Assembly (NCBI GenBank): GCA_951406725.2
Contig: OX597819.1
Coordinates: forward strand, 62,124,001-62,188,000
From: Octopus vulgaris
Lineage: Eukaryota
Reading direction: 5' to 3'
Length of the DNA: 64,000 nt
Below, piece after piece: positions 26,515-41,648 of this stretch. The notes below the pieces were generated by a model. The model was not told the origin of the DNA, ran no database searches, and saw only the letters and a program-made list of their open reading frames with translations. The position numbers and the translations under genes are program-made. Within the stretch, counting starts at the first letter, position 1. Each line of letters begins with the position of its first letter.

Positions 26515-27530
26515 TTAAAATTAAGTACCAATTATAGTGTCAATCCATTTAAGCATATTCTTCCAAATGTTAATTATTAAAATATATTTAAAATAAGATA
26601 CACTCAAATGACATTTAAAATTTTTTCTTTTGTCATTAATCCTTGGTGGTGCTCCAGCATGACTACAGCCACATGGCTGAAACAAGTAAAAGTATAGTTA
26701 TAATGCAATCAGTTCAAGTAGAGTATATAAGGGATATCAAAATGGCTTTAATTTTTATGGTATTTAACTGACTGGTGGGAGTGAGGATGGGGGTGCTGAT
26801 TCCAAACTGCTTTTTTTTTTTTTTTTTTTATTGCTGTGGATTGTAATTTGATCTGCACAAACCCACTGATATCAGAACATCCATGGAAATTTGTATTAAA
26901 TTCTGTCACTGATTATCTAGATACTTTGAGTTGTTACAAATATCAATGGTTGTTGGAATAAGAAAAATTGAGTTTCATCCTTCAATAATGGTTAAAAATC
27001 TTCAAGTAATTTATAGTGTTCTATGCAACAAACCCACAATGCTGTGTTTCTTGATAATTTATTGCAGTGCTAGGGTTGGTTGAAAATCTGTGCTTATTGA
27101 TTAAAAAAAAAAGAAAACTGCAATTTGGTAGCCTAGCTTGCATGTGATATTAAAATAACTCTGAAGGTAGTTTTAAGATTTTAGTGGCTGGAATGAGAAT
27201 GGTAAAATTTTATTAGTAAACTGTTACCTCTTTTGGAATCAAATGTTTCACTTGTTCAGCAAAAGCTAAACAGAAGTATCCAAACTGTGGTGCATTTTGG
27301 TAATGAAATTTGGTATGTAATAGTTGCAGAGGAGTCACTGAATGTGCAGTGTATTATTAGTATTGTTTGTAATAAAGGCAAGCTGCCTGAATCTTTAGCA
27401 TGTTAGGCAAAATGTTTAGCGCCATTTCTTTTGATTCTTTACTTCCTGAAATCAACTCTCCTTAGCTTTAATGGGGGGTGGGGAAACACTGGATTAAGTT
27501 GAATGGGGAGCTGCTATATTGTAGGTATGA

Positions 27531-27839
<309 letters not shown>

Positions 27840-28734
27840 TAGTAGGAATGTGAAATTGGTGGGTTGCACTTAAATTATTATAGGCAGGGGGTTTAAAATT
27901 GAGTATTTTTTTAATTATTATTTCTAATGATATTTGAAAATTATTTTAGCAGTTTTGATGGTAGAGACAATAGAAAGCATGCCTTGTTGCTTTTACAGTG
28001 TCTAGTCTGGTACATCACTTGCTCTGAGCTTAAATCTTGCCAGAGTTGACTTTGCCTCTCTTTTGGGTAAGGCTAGTGAAATAAATACCAGTGAAATACT
28101 GAGGTCTTGATTTGATCAACTCTTATTACTTTCCCTTCTAAATTTTTTTTCTCCCTCAAATCAAGAAGTAATTATCAAAATCTTCGTCAAAATTTTAGTA
28201 AGTAAAACACTATTGTTCTGTGATGACATTTTGCATCATGTGCACCCATATAATTTCATATTGCTACTGAGGAGGGAAATGCTAAATGACTATCTTGTAG
28301 AAAAAAATGTCATACACTCATTGTTAATGTGAGCTTTGTATTAACAGTTCAAAATTCCCTAAACCTTAGTCATTTTTTCCTTGAACATGAATTGAAGAAA
28401 CTTTGTTCTGAATTAAACAAGATTTATTGTTAATCATGTTCATTAGTCAGTAGCTTCTCAGATCTATTTTTTAACATCTGAAAATAGGAATCTATATAGC
28501 TTTTCAAAAAGTTTGTACAACTCTGCTTGTACAAATGTAAGGCATTCAGAGATTTGAGTTTCGTACTTTGCTCTTTGGGTATAATTCTTGGATTTTTTGT
28601 AATCATAGGAATATTTGTAATCATTGAAATTGAAGGAATTTTCTTCTTAAATTACAAAGGCAAAACAAACTACATTAAAGTTTATAAATAATAGTTAAAA
28701 TGTATTTTTGATAAAACTGCTTTCTCTGATAAAA

Positions 28735-28903
28735 TTTGTGTGTTTTATATGTTTGAATGTATTTGTGTGTTTTATATGTTTGAATGTATTTGTGTGTTTT
28801 ATATGTTTGAATGTATTTGTGTGTTTTATATGTTTGAATGTATTTGTGTGTTTTATATGTTTGAATGTATTTGTGTGTTTTATATGTTTGAATGTATTTG
28901 TGT
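28735..28903. repeat. 27-bp minisatellite, about 6 copies
   Basis: Unit TTTGTGTGTTTTATATGTTTGAATGTA repeated essentially perfectly. Confidence 0.95.
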
Positions 28904-29814
28904 GTGTGTGTGAGAGAGAATGAGTGAATGAAAATATATATAAATACACACAAATTTTAGATATTGATTTTGTTTATATTATTTTTCTTATATTTTTTAG
29001 TAAATTTATTTTACTTTTGTTTTGAAAATAGCTATATTACTTGCATTATTGGGGTTTGTTTAAAAATGTAAGTGCTTGTATAGAATTGGGTCTAAGAAAT
29101 GTTCATTATTAAGGTTCCAATTATTCATAAAAATAAATCTGCTTCATTTATACTTGACAGTTAGTCTTAAATTAATTAATATGGAAAGTATGAATTTCTG
29201 AACACAAATTTATTTGGATGTAATTCACAAATAATTCTAAATACCTTCTAGAATAAATATTTTAAGATTTTTTTTTTCTACTTGGCCTCATGTTTCATAA
29301 CAGTCTGTTATTCAACCAGTGCTTTTTATGGTAACTGTAAGCAATTTGGTTAAAAACATACAAGTTCATTTAGTGGTTACTGATTTCCCTGAATTGTTGA
29401 ATTGTAGCTTATGTGGTATTTTTATCGAAAATTGGTATAATTTAAACAGACTGAGCATATGTTCCCTCATTTGATTAAATTTGTATTTAAAGATACTTTT
29501 ACCTAGCTGAATATTTCTCTGTTCATTTATGTTGGGTTCTCTAAATATTCATTTTGATATGAAGATAACTTTCTGTTAGATGGTAGCTGTAATTGTAGTT
29601 AAAAAAAATATGAAATGAAGACATGAGGCCTTTCAGCAAGTACGACTATTATATCACTTGTCTCATCTCCCAGAGCTGTATGCTTTTTGTCAAGTTTCTT
29701 CTAGTTGAAAAATTACTAGGCTAAATCACTTTTGTTTCAAACTTGTTAATTTCTCATTTGTGTCAGTTATGAAATATATTTAATCCATTGATATAACTAC
29801 TAATTCGCCATTTA

Positions 29815-30878
29815 ACTAGATCAGAAAGGTGGTTTTTTATGTCCCCCAAAGAATTAAAATTTTTACTATTGAGATTATTTTGCAAGGTCCTGAATAAATG
29901 AAAATCTGAAGGAGCAATGTCTGGTGAATATGGTGGGTAGGGTGACACATCCCAGCCAAACTGCAACAATTTTTGCCAAATAAATGTGAGGTCTGGCATT
30001 ATCCTGATAAAAAACAACACCTTTCCTGTTTGCCATTTCTGGCTGTTTTTCTTGAATTGCTACCTTTAAATTGTCCAGTTGCCAGCTGTACTTCTCAGAA
30101 TTAATTGACTGGTTACTTGGCAGAAGCTCATAGTACAGGATTCCTTTCCAATCCCACCAGATGCAGAGCTTAACTTTTTTAAGATGAAGACCTGTTTTGG
30201 GGGTAGCTAAAGGTGGCTCATGTCGCTTATCCCAGAAACTTTTTCACTGAACATTGTTGTAAATGATCTATTTCTCATCACCTGTCACAATTTGCTTTAA
30301 AAAAGGGTGCATTTTCATTGTGTTTATACAGCAAATCACAGATAGAAATGCGATCCAAAAGATTCTTTTCCCTCAGATCATGTGGTACCCAAGCTTTACT
30401 AAGTGTTCATGGATGGTGGATTTTGATAAATTTAGTGTGTCTGCCAATTCCCACATTGTGTAATGTGGGTTATTCTCAATCAATGTGTGTGTGGGCAGGG
30501 GTCTGTCTGAGCGTTCTTCATCAATAAGGTTACAATCACCAACTCTAAAGTTAGTGAACCACTTCTATACAGTTCTGTCAGCTAAAACACCTTCACCGTA
30601 CTCAGCACATATCTTCTTTGTTGTTTGTAAAGCCTTTTTGCCTTTACGGTAATAAGAAGGCCCCTAGTGTCTAAAATGCACCTTATAATCTTCCATTTCC
30701 ATAGGGATGCAAAATCGACACGAATTAAGTAATTTTCACCTTTGTTTCTCAAGAGCTAGTTTGAAGTGTGCGCTAACCAGAAATGTAAGCACATTATATG
30801 TGTCGATAAATCTGATGTGTTCTAACATGTCAGAACATGAACAACTAAAGATCGGCATGAACTATCCGGATGACCCAA
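29815..30878 (-). mobile_element. Degenerate mariner transposon, 3' end truncated
   Basis: 5' end TA|TTGGGTCATCCGGATAG on - strand; relic peptide FGWDVSPYPPYSPDIAPSDFHLFRTLQN (YSPDLAP motif); left boundary approximate. Confidence 0.88.
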
Positions 30879-31075
30879 TACAATTCCAAATATATTACAA
30901 AAATGTATTTTTAGTTCGACAGTCATGTCATTATGCTTGTTGGTTGAAATTTTAATTTGGCTTTTTTTTAGTTTATTCATCTTTTGAATTTATTAAACAG
31001 TTTAAAAAAATTTTTTTTTGTTTTCTTTAACGATCACTTTTACTTTAGAAATGGTTTGCACTATTTTTCATTTAG

Positions 31076-31240
<165 letters not shown>

Positions 31241-32179
31241 TAGTTGAAATCCAATTGCATCATCTGTTGTGAGACTGCTTTGAGAATATTGTAGTTGAGT
31301 GTGTGTTTGTGTTTCAGTCTGTAGAAGAGAAAATGTCTAGCTTCTGCAAACTCTCACAGATTAAAGAGGTTGGGTTGTTTAGAAGGTTGCATGTGGTTAC
31401 ATTTGCAAGAAGAAAAGATTGGGTGAAATGTCATGTGGAAGAGATACAAGTGAATTGAATGGTACGGGTTCAGAGAAACAGAACTATTAGAGAAGGGTCT
31501 GGCTAATGGTTTGTCAGTGTGTTATTGGGTAGGGTGCAGTTAGAAAGTAATTGTGATTACATGATTACTTCATGTATAAAACTGAAATCAATCCCAGTGC
31601 ATCAGAAAGATGAAAATTCAATGTGGTATTAACATATCTGATGTCTACACATCATTTGAGATCTAATACACAACATTTCTGGCGTTGGGTTTATTTCCAA
31701 GCCGAGAATTTCATTTCTTTATTTTCTGTTATACCAGATGTTCAATGCATCTGGTACTGTTCTTTTCTGCTATTTATATATCATTTCAAATTAAATGTGA
31801 AGATCTTGTCTCATCTCTTATGTTAATATTGGACCTAGCATTAGTTTTGAAAACTTGAATGTTCACAGCATGGTATCTATAACATCAGAAACTCTGTCTG
31901 TCTGTGTCTGTAAAATTCAGCATTCTAAAAAAGTCCCTTCAGCATCCAAGTTGAAACTAGTTAACAAATTGAATTCATTAAGGAAGAAAAAAAATTGCAG
32001 AATATCTATTATAAACCAAGAATGGTTTTTGGATTAATCAGATTAAAAAGTATTTCAGAAGAAGGCATTTTTTCCCCTTTCATGTTACATTATCCAGCTG
32101 AATATCAAATGTCTAAACTAGCTCAGCTATCAAATCTACATACAGCTGGTGATACCTTTATATATCTTTTGTTTTCAAG

Positions 32180-32280
32180 GTGTATCCTGAATTTGCAGTT
32201 GCACATTCAAATCTTGCAAGTGTTTTGCAACAGCAAGGTAAACTCCATGAAGCCCTCATGCATTATAAAGAAGCAATACG
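32180..32280 (+). CDS. OGT: OGT exon (TPR)
   Basis: aag| [33 protein letters not shown](R) |gtaagt. Confidence 0.96.
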
Positions 32281-33110
32281 GTAAGTTCAAATTTTGATTG
32301 GGGACTTAATCTCTAATGAAAGTCTTTTGTGATAAGATGTAATCATTTTTTTGTCTAGATTTTTATATAGTGTGATTGGTTTTCAGAGCTATCATAGATA
32401 AAATAGAATTTAAAATATGCTTTTGGGCAAGTGTCTTCTGACTGGCCACATCCCTGAGAGTGGAAATGATAAATTGATGTTTAAAAATTAATATGTAGCA
32501 TCATTTTACAGCCACACACAGAAAAATATAATTTTTTATGTGTGGTGTATGTTTCTGTTTCCTTGTCTTTACATCATGCAATAGTTATAAACAAGTAGTA
32601 TCCTTTGTGTCCAAGTTTCTGTGGGAAAATATCTGACCATGGGAGAAACAGGTTGGTGATAGGAAAAGCATCCAGGTGTAGAAAATCAATGAACTCTCCC
32701 TGTCCCTTGTAAGCATGGAGAATTGGACATTAGCCTGATAATGATGATTACATTATAACAACTGAAAATAGGATATTTATTTTACTCACTCTTCAAAGAT
32801 CTCATCTTAAGCTAAACTTTAAAAGCAGTTAAGCCATATAGATCAGATTTACTTCCCTCTCTGAACATTGTTTTCTAAACAAAGGTTGACTAAATTACCT
32901 AATTTGCTGTACCTTCAGCCTCCTGAAGATAGAATCATACATTACTCAATGTTAGAAATGATTTAGTATTTTTTAAAAGAAAAGTTCTCAGTATTAACCA
33001 TGGTGTGTAATTAGTTTGAAGAGCCACACCCTTGTTTTCCATAGATTTTTTTTCATTGGTTTACAATATAAAACCCTTCATTTCTATCTGTTGAATTGTG
33101 AAGTGCCTAA

Positions 33111-33356
<246 letters not shown>

Positions 33357-33943
33357 TGATAATTTATTTGTTAAATAATTTTATTTTTTGTGAATCAATA
33401 GTATTAATTTCAAATTTAGGCATTGAGTAATTGAATGCAGAATTAGTGAGAATTGAGTATTGGTAATCTGATTGCTTGTTAACATAAGAATTGGAGATTT
33501 TGAATATTGTTTGATGTCCTGATTCAGCCAAAACTAATCAAACATTCTGGTTGTAACCATCCTGTCTTGCTCTTTGGGAAGGTGTACCCGGGAATAAGTT
33601 ATCCAATGTCTTGCACTTTTCAAGGTTGTAAGATGTCATTTGAGGATGGCTGGGCTGCTTTTTCTAACATGATAAAAGTATCGTGTAAAAGTTGTTGGCT
33701 GACTCAAGGATGGTGTCAAAACTAGAGTTCAAGGTTTCTTAGATGATGTGAAATAAAAGTTAATGAATTTTGTGTCACAACAATAACTATATCTCATTTG
33801 GATTACTACAAAAGTTATTCAAATATGTTTCATAGCAGCAACTTAAGACTCAATTGTACTTGGTCTTATGACAAATGTGAAATACTCTTAGGGTTTTTTT
33901 GTGTGTATGTATGTGCCATAAGCTCGTCTTTTAATGTATATAG

Positions 33944-34192
<249 letters not shown>

Positions 34193-35067
34193 TAAAAAAA
34201 GGGGGGGAAAAAAAAACACTGGGGGAAAATTTTCCAAAAGGGTCTAAGATAAAATTAATGTAACAATCTTAGGTGGTATACAATGTTTCACAAAATTTTT
34301 TTTATCTAAATATAGAACTCTGCAGGGTGGTTGGTGTTAGGTAGGGCATCCAGATGTAAAAACTATGCCAAAATAGACACAGAAGTTTGGTACAGTCTTC
34401 TGCTTGGCCAGCTCCTGTCAAACCATCCAACCCATGCCAGCATGGAAAGCAGATATTAAATAATGAGAATGGTAAATGCATAGTCAGTTGGTAACATGTG
34501 ACCAAGGGTGGTCCCAGGTGGGTCGGTAATGTAAAAAGCTAATATAAATGGGAATTTTTTGTTGAATGCTTAGATGTTTGTTGTGATAACATTTGTTTTA
34601 TGGCTCAGTGCTATTTGTATTGATTTGTAACACTTAAATTAGAGAAAGTAAGTCACAAACTGCTAACTGGTTCCACTCTTACTATGAAGCTACAATGATG
34701 ATGGTAATAAAATGTTTGACATTGTATCTATATGATCAGTCTTTTTAACATGAATAGTGTTACTTCTATTCAGCCAGTAAACCCATCCACGACAAACAAA
34801 TATGAATTTTATTTGAAGAGCTGGTAATAATCTTAATAATAAGAGCATTACTAGTCGATGCAAGTTGGTGATTGATGGTTGCAAGACCAGCAGTGAGAAA
34901 GGAATGTATTTAAAATAACTGAATGCTATATTGTAAATCTATGCTATTGTAGTATGATAAAAGAAACATAAAACTAGTGTTCTCTCTGCCCCCCCCCCCC
35001 CCGCCTCTTTTATTCTGTGTTTTGAAGCTGAATGAAATTAAAAAAAATTTTTTGCATTTTTATCCAG

Positions 35068-35247
35068 ATTGTTTGCGATTGGACTGATTACGACAACCGT
35101 ATGAAACGCCTTGTTCAAATTGTTCAGGACCAATTAGAAAAGAATCGACTTCCTTCTGTCCATCCTCATCATAGTATGCTTTATCCTCTCTCTCACTCTG
35201 TTAGGAAAGCTATTGCATCACGGCATGCTAACCTTTGTTTGGAAAAG
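35068..35247 (+). CDS. OGT: OGT exon (start of N-catalytic domain)
   Basis: cag| [15 protein letters not shown]...[17 protein letters not shown]...NLCLEK |gtcagt; conserved PHHS motif. Confidence 0.97.
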
Positions 35248-35445
35248 GTCAGTTTGATGATTTTTCATATATCTATTTCTCGACTTGTGTCTTAATTGAT
35301 TTGACATCATCGTACGAGTATTTTGTATAAATGTTAAACTGGTTCATTACAATTACTAATTTTAATCATTTGAAAATTTACTACAATGTTAATCTTTTAC
35401 ACTTTTCTAATATGTCTGGCTTTTTTTTTTTTTTCCTGTCAACAG

Positions 35446-35601
35446 ATTAATGTATTACATAAACCACCCTACCAGCATTCCAAAGTTCTTTCTCCGGATG
35501 GCCGTCTACGTATTGGTTATGTCAGCTCTGATTTTGGCAATCATCCAACTTCTCATTTAATGCAAAGTGTTCCTGGTATGCACGAACGTAATAAAGTGGA
35601 A
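35446..35601 (+). CDS. OGT: OGT exon (N-catalytic domain)
   Basis: cag| INVLHKPPY...[33 protein letters not shown] |gtaagt. Confidence 0.97.
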
Positions 35602-36558
35602 GTAAGTAATTATTTTTCTTTGCATTTCACTTTTAACTTCATCACTTCAGCACGTTCTCTGTGTAGTGCTTTCTCATAGACAAGAGATGATCTTGTATAA
35701 TATCAGGTGAAAGATTATGCATCAAGAAGACTTGTGCCTTCAAAAGTCCTATCCTACTTCAACTTTTCATCTTCTGACATAAATCCACCTCCTTAAGTAC
35801 TACTCCCCACCCTCAGTTGAAAGCTCATGTCTGACAGGGTACTTGGAGACCTCAATAGTGCTGGTGCCAAGGCACCCAGCAAACACTGTAAAATGGTTGG
35901 CATTAAGAAGGTCTTCCCGTTGTAGAAGCCATGTCAAAGCAGACATTGGAGCTTGGTGCATTCCTCTGGCTTGCTAGCTCCTGGTAAACTATCCAGTCCA
36001 TGCCAGCATGGACAAGGATGTTAAACAATGATGATAATCTAGTAGGCAAATGTATTCAATTTGCCTTTGATAGCATTTGGTAATACAAAGATGATTTAAC
36101 CACTGTAAACTCTAAACTTAGCGTAAAATGTTTGTCCAACTAATACTGGTTGAGATAAATGATGCTAGGTTACTATATGGTCATTTTGTGGTCTAATTTA
36201 TCATACTGCCATAATAGTTTGCTGCTTTGTACACTTTGTTCTTTGTACACTTCACCTTTTTGTTAATTGTATTTCTGTTGAAATTCACTCTTTGAGTTAA
36301 TGTAAAAAATAATGAAAAATTAAGTAAAATAACTGTCAATATTTATGTAATGTTTGGAACATAAATTAACAGGAAATTTTAACTTAAAAACAGGAAGCTT
36401 GTCTCATAAGTCATCAATCATTCAGTAATTGAAATTTGCCATCCAATATTTTGTCAATTGCTTTTTTAAGTAGTGAAACTAGTAACTTGAAATATGAATT
36501 TTTTGTATATAAAGTATGTGAAAATTAAGTTTTGTGTTTCTTTTTGTGATTTTTGCAG

Positions 36559-36648
36559 ATATTTTGTTATTCATTGAGTCCAGATGATGGAACTACGTTC
36601 CGAGCTAAAATAGGAAAAGAAGCTGAACATTTTGTAGATTTATCACAG
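36559..36648 (+). CDS. OGT: OGT exon (N-catalytic domain)
   Basis: cag| [30 protein letters not shown] |gtgaga. Confidence 0.96.
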
Positions 36649-37259
36649 GTGAGAATTAGTTGGTTATTATCTGAGATAGTGTGTTCTATTGCATTGACTT
36701 CCAAGCGTAGTTATACTTATGAATATTTAGCATTTAAAATGCTGGTATTTTAGATCTGTTGAGGTCTTCATTGAAAAAGTTATGGAACTAAGGAATTTTT
36801 CTTAGAGTTTGTATTGAAGAGGCTAGATATGGCCTGTTTGTTTGAACAAGTAGCACTATTTTTAATGGTTGTATTTGATCGGAATGTATGAATAGCTGAC
36901 ATAGTTTCTTTTCATGTATTCAGTTATTTAAATTGGATATTATATAAATACATGAAGCATCATTCATCTGGGGTAATGCTCAATTGTGAAGCATGACATA
37001 TTTATCACAAGTTGGCAATACCATCAGAGATTCAACTTTTATTGCCAAATTGCACTTCATTGACCATCCACAATCCTCAACTCTACAGAATAAATTGACT
37101 ATCACTTGTGTATACATGACTGTGCTGGAAGTTTTTTTTACACAGGTTTACATACACCCATCAATATGGGACCAGTTAACAAAATTCAATGGCACCTGAT
37201 CTTAACAAATGATGTAGATGAGTGTATTCTCTACAAGAAAAAGTAGATGAAAATATGAT

Positions 37260-37414
37260 GGTGGCTTTAGGAAGGGCATCCAGCTGTAGAAACATTGCCA
37301 GATAAGACCGGAGCCTGGTGCAGCCTTCTGGTTACCCAGATCCCTGGTCGAACCGTCCAACCCATGCTAGCATGGAGAACGGACGTTAAACGATGATGAT
37401 GATGATGATGATGA
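37260..37414 (+). mobile_element. 5'-truncated retroelement tail
   Basis: AGGAAGGGCATCCAGCTGTAGAAAC...AACCCATGCTAGCATGG...(GAT)n; older copies near 3005, 21330, 34320, 35880 and 62870. Confidence 0.7.
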
Positions 37415-37714
37415 AGCTTCACTGTTGTGGATGTCACAAATTTTCTGTCAATGAATCAATCATTTTTTTTTCTATATACTAAGTGCACAAAAATTATTAA
37501 TGAAACTCGTGTAAATGGGGACAGATGTAAACAATTCACATTAAATATTTATTCAGTTAGATCTTTTTAAAAAACATATTGATCACCTATTTCATAGACT
37601 TAATGGCCTCACTGATTACTGAAATTTCTCTGTAATTTGTTTAGAAAGTAATAATTTTCATATTTATCTAGTTGCTTTTTTGCTAACCAAGCTCTGTTTC
37701 TTTTTTAAACTAAG

Positions 37715-37840
37715 ATACCATGCAATGGGAAAGCTGCCGACAGAATATATGCAGATGGAATCCACATTCTCATTAATATGAATGGTTATACAAAAGGAGC
37801 TCGCAATGAGCTGTTTGCCCTCCGCCCAGCTCCAATCCAG
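37715..37840 (+). CDS. OGT: OGT exon (N-catalytic domain)
   Basis: aag| [42 protein letters not shown] |gtaaga. Confidence 0.96.
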
Positions 37841-38873
37841 GTAAGATTTGCCGTAACAAAAGTATTTATTTTTATTCATAATGATGGAAAAAAAAAGTTC
37901 TGCCATTGTTGAATTATTATTATTGAGTTGGCATGTTGGGCAAAACACTTGGCGTCATTTCTTCCGTCTTTATTCTCTGAGTTCAAATGTTGCTGAGGTC
38001 GACTTTGTCTTTCATCCCTTTAGGGTTGATAAAATAAATACTGGTTGAGCACCAGATTCAGTGTAAGCTGTTAGTCTCCACCTTCAAAACTTTGTCCCCC
38101 ATGCCTATGGCTGAAAGGATTATTAAAATGGTGAGCTGGCAGAATTATTAAGCAAGCTGGACCAAATAGTTAGCAGCTTTTCTTCCAGCTTTATGTTCTG
38201 ATTTCAAATGCCATTAAAGTTCACTTTGCCTTTCATCCTTTTTGGATTGATGAAATAAATACCGCTGGAGTAACGAGGCTGATGTAATTGACTTACACCT
38301 CCCCTAAAATAACCAACCAAGTACCAAAATTTTAATCCATTATTTTTATCTGCCTGCTTCAATCACTCAAGAATTTCATTATTGTCAGCCACTTGAGTAT
38401 ATTCATCTTACTGACATATATTATAGATATTTTAAACACTTAAATATTTTTCTGTAGAAATTCTCATCTATATATTGATATTCACATGGAAATTTTGTAT
38501 TGGTGTTATCCTAATATTACTTATTAAATCTCTTCATTTCAGGAATGTTTTCTAGAAATTGTTTGTTTTTCTTTGTCAGTTGAAATATGAAAAATGTTCT
38601 GTAGATATTGTCAGTTAATTAATCTTATTTGTTGATAATGCAAATATCACTCATAGACAACTTTCAAATTAGTTCAGAGTGTAAGATGATTGGAGCATTT
38701 TAGCAGTTGATACATGGTGCTTCTTAGTTTTTGATCAAACAATTTTTCCATATTAATCTCAACTGCTTTAAAGTAGAATGTGTTCAATGGTTGATAGATT
38801 TTGCTTATAAGTATTTTTTGTGTAGTAACTTCTAATGAATTAAAGTTAACTTTTCTAAAATTTGCTTTTGTAG

Positions 38874-39161
38874 GTAATGTGGCTTGGTTATCCTGGAACA
38901 AGTGGAGCTCCTTTCATGGACTACATTATTACAGATGCAGTAACGTCTCCTCTCTACTTGGCTAATCAATATTCAGAAAAGTTGGCATATATGCCAAATA
39001 CGTTTTTTATTGGTGACCACCGGCACATGTTTCAGCATTTAGTTGAGCGTGTTGTTATAGAAACAAAGGACGGTAAAGTAGCTGACAATATTCAAATTAT
39101 CAATGGTACAAATTTGGAACCTTTAAAGTCTGCAGCTGAAATAAAAATGGGTGAAAACGAG
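38874..39161 (+). CDS. OGT: OGT exon (end of N-catalytic, start of intervening domain)
   Basis: tag| [21 protein letters not shown]...[17 protein letters not shown]...EIKMGENE |gtatgc. Confidence 0.95.
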
Positions 39162-40102
39162 GTATGCATATTTTAGTTTTGCTTTTATTTGTTTAATATA
39201 TTTGGCACTTAGATATTTTACTTTTTGTGAGATAAAAAACATTGCTAATTGTATATTATTGTTATAAGCAGATATTTTCTATAACCCTAGGCCAACTAAA
39301 GCCTTGTTAGTGGATTTGGTAGATGGGGACTGAAAGAAGCCCATTGCATATGCAAGTGTGTGTTTGTGAACTCTTGCCACCATATTGTGAGATTGTTCTT
39401 TTCCAATTCTCCATGAAAAGCATGTCTGGACTTGGGGGAAATATTACATTGCTTGGAAATAGAAGACTGGTGGCAAGAAGGGCATGCAGCTGTTGAAAAT
39501 ATGCCTCAGCAAATTCTCTCAGACCCATGCAAGCATGGAAAGGTGGAGATTAGGTGCTGATGTGTTAATCTTATGAGTGCTTAGAGGAACCTACATTTAT
39601 GTTAATCAGTGGATGACAAATTCTGAAATTTTTTCACTTATTCTTCCCCAGTTTTTTTCTTTTCCTTTTTTTGTAATACTTAAAAAATATGTTAAAACAG
39701 TTTTGTGTGAAGTTGATTTACAATAGAATGCTACACTCTCAGTTGGAAGATTATTAGGTTTATAGCTAAGACATTGAAATAAGTTTAGGTGACTCTGCTA
39801 AGTAACGGGATCATTGCTGTAATCAACCTCTGGATTAATTAAGCTCTACCAAGGTTACTAGTTCCTGGCATATTGCATGGAGATTTAGTCTGCAGAAGCA
39901 TCCAGTGATTCTAATCTGTTATAGGCCAAATAATATAAACTTCTGGCAAAATATTGAGGTGGAGGAAAGGGTTTCACAAATGAGAATTTCAAACTTTTTG
40001 TTGGGGGTTGTTTAATTTTAAAAGTACTTCTGTTGTATTTTTCGTGTGTGGATGTGGGTGCTTGTTCATTTAACTTATCGTTTTCCTTATATCCACTCTC
40101 AG

Positions 40103-40279
40103 ATGAATAAGAAAATTACTCCAAATGAGACCAATGATGTAAAATCTAATGGTACACAAATTGCTTCTGCTGTTTTGGAGAATCCAGTCACCACTGTGAT
40201 GCAAAATCTAATTAAGACTGAAGTTGCTTCAACATGCATTAATGGAATTATTGTACAAAATGGATTAACCTCGAGCCAA
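40103..40279 (+). CDS. OGT: OGT exon (intervening domain, divergent)
   Basis: cag| MNKKITPNETND...TCINGIIVQNGLTSSQ |gtaggt; phase 0/0; C-terminal part resembles the ING..I.NGL..Q stretch of OGT. Confidence 0.9.
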
Positions 40280-41204
40280 GTAGGTGTCACACACTTTCTC
40301 TCATTCAAATTAATTCTGTGTGGCAGTAAACTTACAATCATGAGTCAGTTCCAGCTTTTTGCTTAAGCTAATGCTATAATACCTTTTGTGAAAGGTTTGA
40401 GCATCATAAATTTTCAATGTTTTCCTCTAACTCTTGGATTCTTATCCTGCAGATTAGTCACTTAACTCGAACACTTTATTCTTAATCATGCAGTCTGTTA
40501 ATGTTTTTTTTTTTTTTTTTAATTTTTTTTTTTTGGAGACACTTTATGGAGGAATTACTCATATAAGGACTTCTGATTGTTTGTGGTACTTACATATTCT
40601 GACATAGTGACATGTGAAGTCAGTTCAGGGATTTGAATAGGTAATGTAGTACACATATCCTCGTTTATCACTGATTCAGTCATCACTGATCCGGGATAAG
40701 ATACGCTAATTGTGAACTGCATTACAGTTTTCTCAGATTGATTATGTGACAACGTAGGTCAGTGATCAAAGTTTCAGCTTGGACTGTAAAAGCATACCTC
40801 GGTGACCATCCACAATGCTCTGGTCAACTTAGGTCTTACCAATTCATTCAGCGTGGTGATTTTTGGCAACTAAGCGCCTATGATAAATGAGGATAGGTGT
40901 ACTTTGCCTGAAGGCTGCTAAGTATTTTAGCCAAATGCGACAATATGTCAGCCATGTTATCAACTTACAGATAATGTCTCTTTGTTATGTATTAAGCTTT
41001 GGTACTACCATCTTCAATCAGTAGTCCTGTGAAAGTAATTTTTCTCTCCAAATACTATAGTAACAAAATTTTGTTGTCATTGACAATAGCAATTCTTGTA
41101 GATCGTATGTTGCTTCTTTGTTTTTTAAATATCAAATTCCCCTACCTATATTAAATAGAAATATTGTCTTTAAACAGCCTTAGATGAATAAATTGTTATT
41201 TCAG

Positions 41205-41492
41205 ACTAACAACAAAGCTGCTACAGGTGAGGAAGTTCCTGAAAACATAATGTTAACTGCACGGTCACAGTATGGACTACCGGAAGATGCTGTCGTTTAT
41301 TGCAATTTCAACCAACTGTACAAGATAGACCCATCAACATTAGACATGTGGGTAGATATCTTGAAAAGTGTGTCAAACAGTGTGTTGTGGTTACTGCGTT
41401 TCCCTGCTGTTGGTGAGCCAAATATTATTCAGGCAGCCACCAGTCGAGGACTTTCTGCTGGACGAATTATATTTTCCCATGTTGCTCCGAAG
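41205..41492 (+). CDS. OGT: OGT exon (C-catalytic domain)
   Basis: cag| [12 protein letters not shown]...[12 protein letters not shown]...[10 protein letters not shown]...IIFSHVAPK |gtcagt; catalytic Lys motif NQLYK; alternative upstream AGs exist. Confidence 0.95.
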
Positions 41493-41648
41493 GTCAGTCT
41501 CTGTTTCTTGTCATTTTAGCTTTCATTGTTTCTAATGTTTTAGATTCTCTTCCCTGTGGTAGAGTAAGTAGGATGTTGTTTATATTTGGGTGTACATGTG
41601 GGAGGCTGCTATTATTCATAACAGATCTGAATACCTTTTCTACATTTA

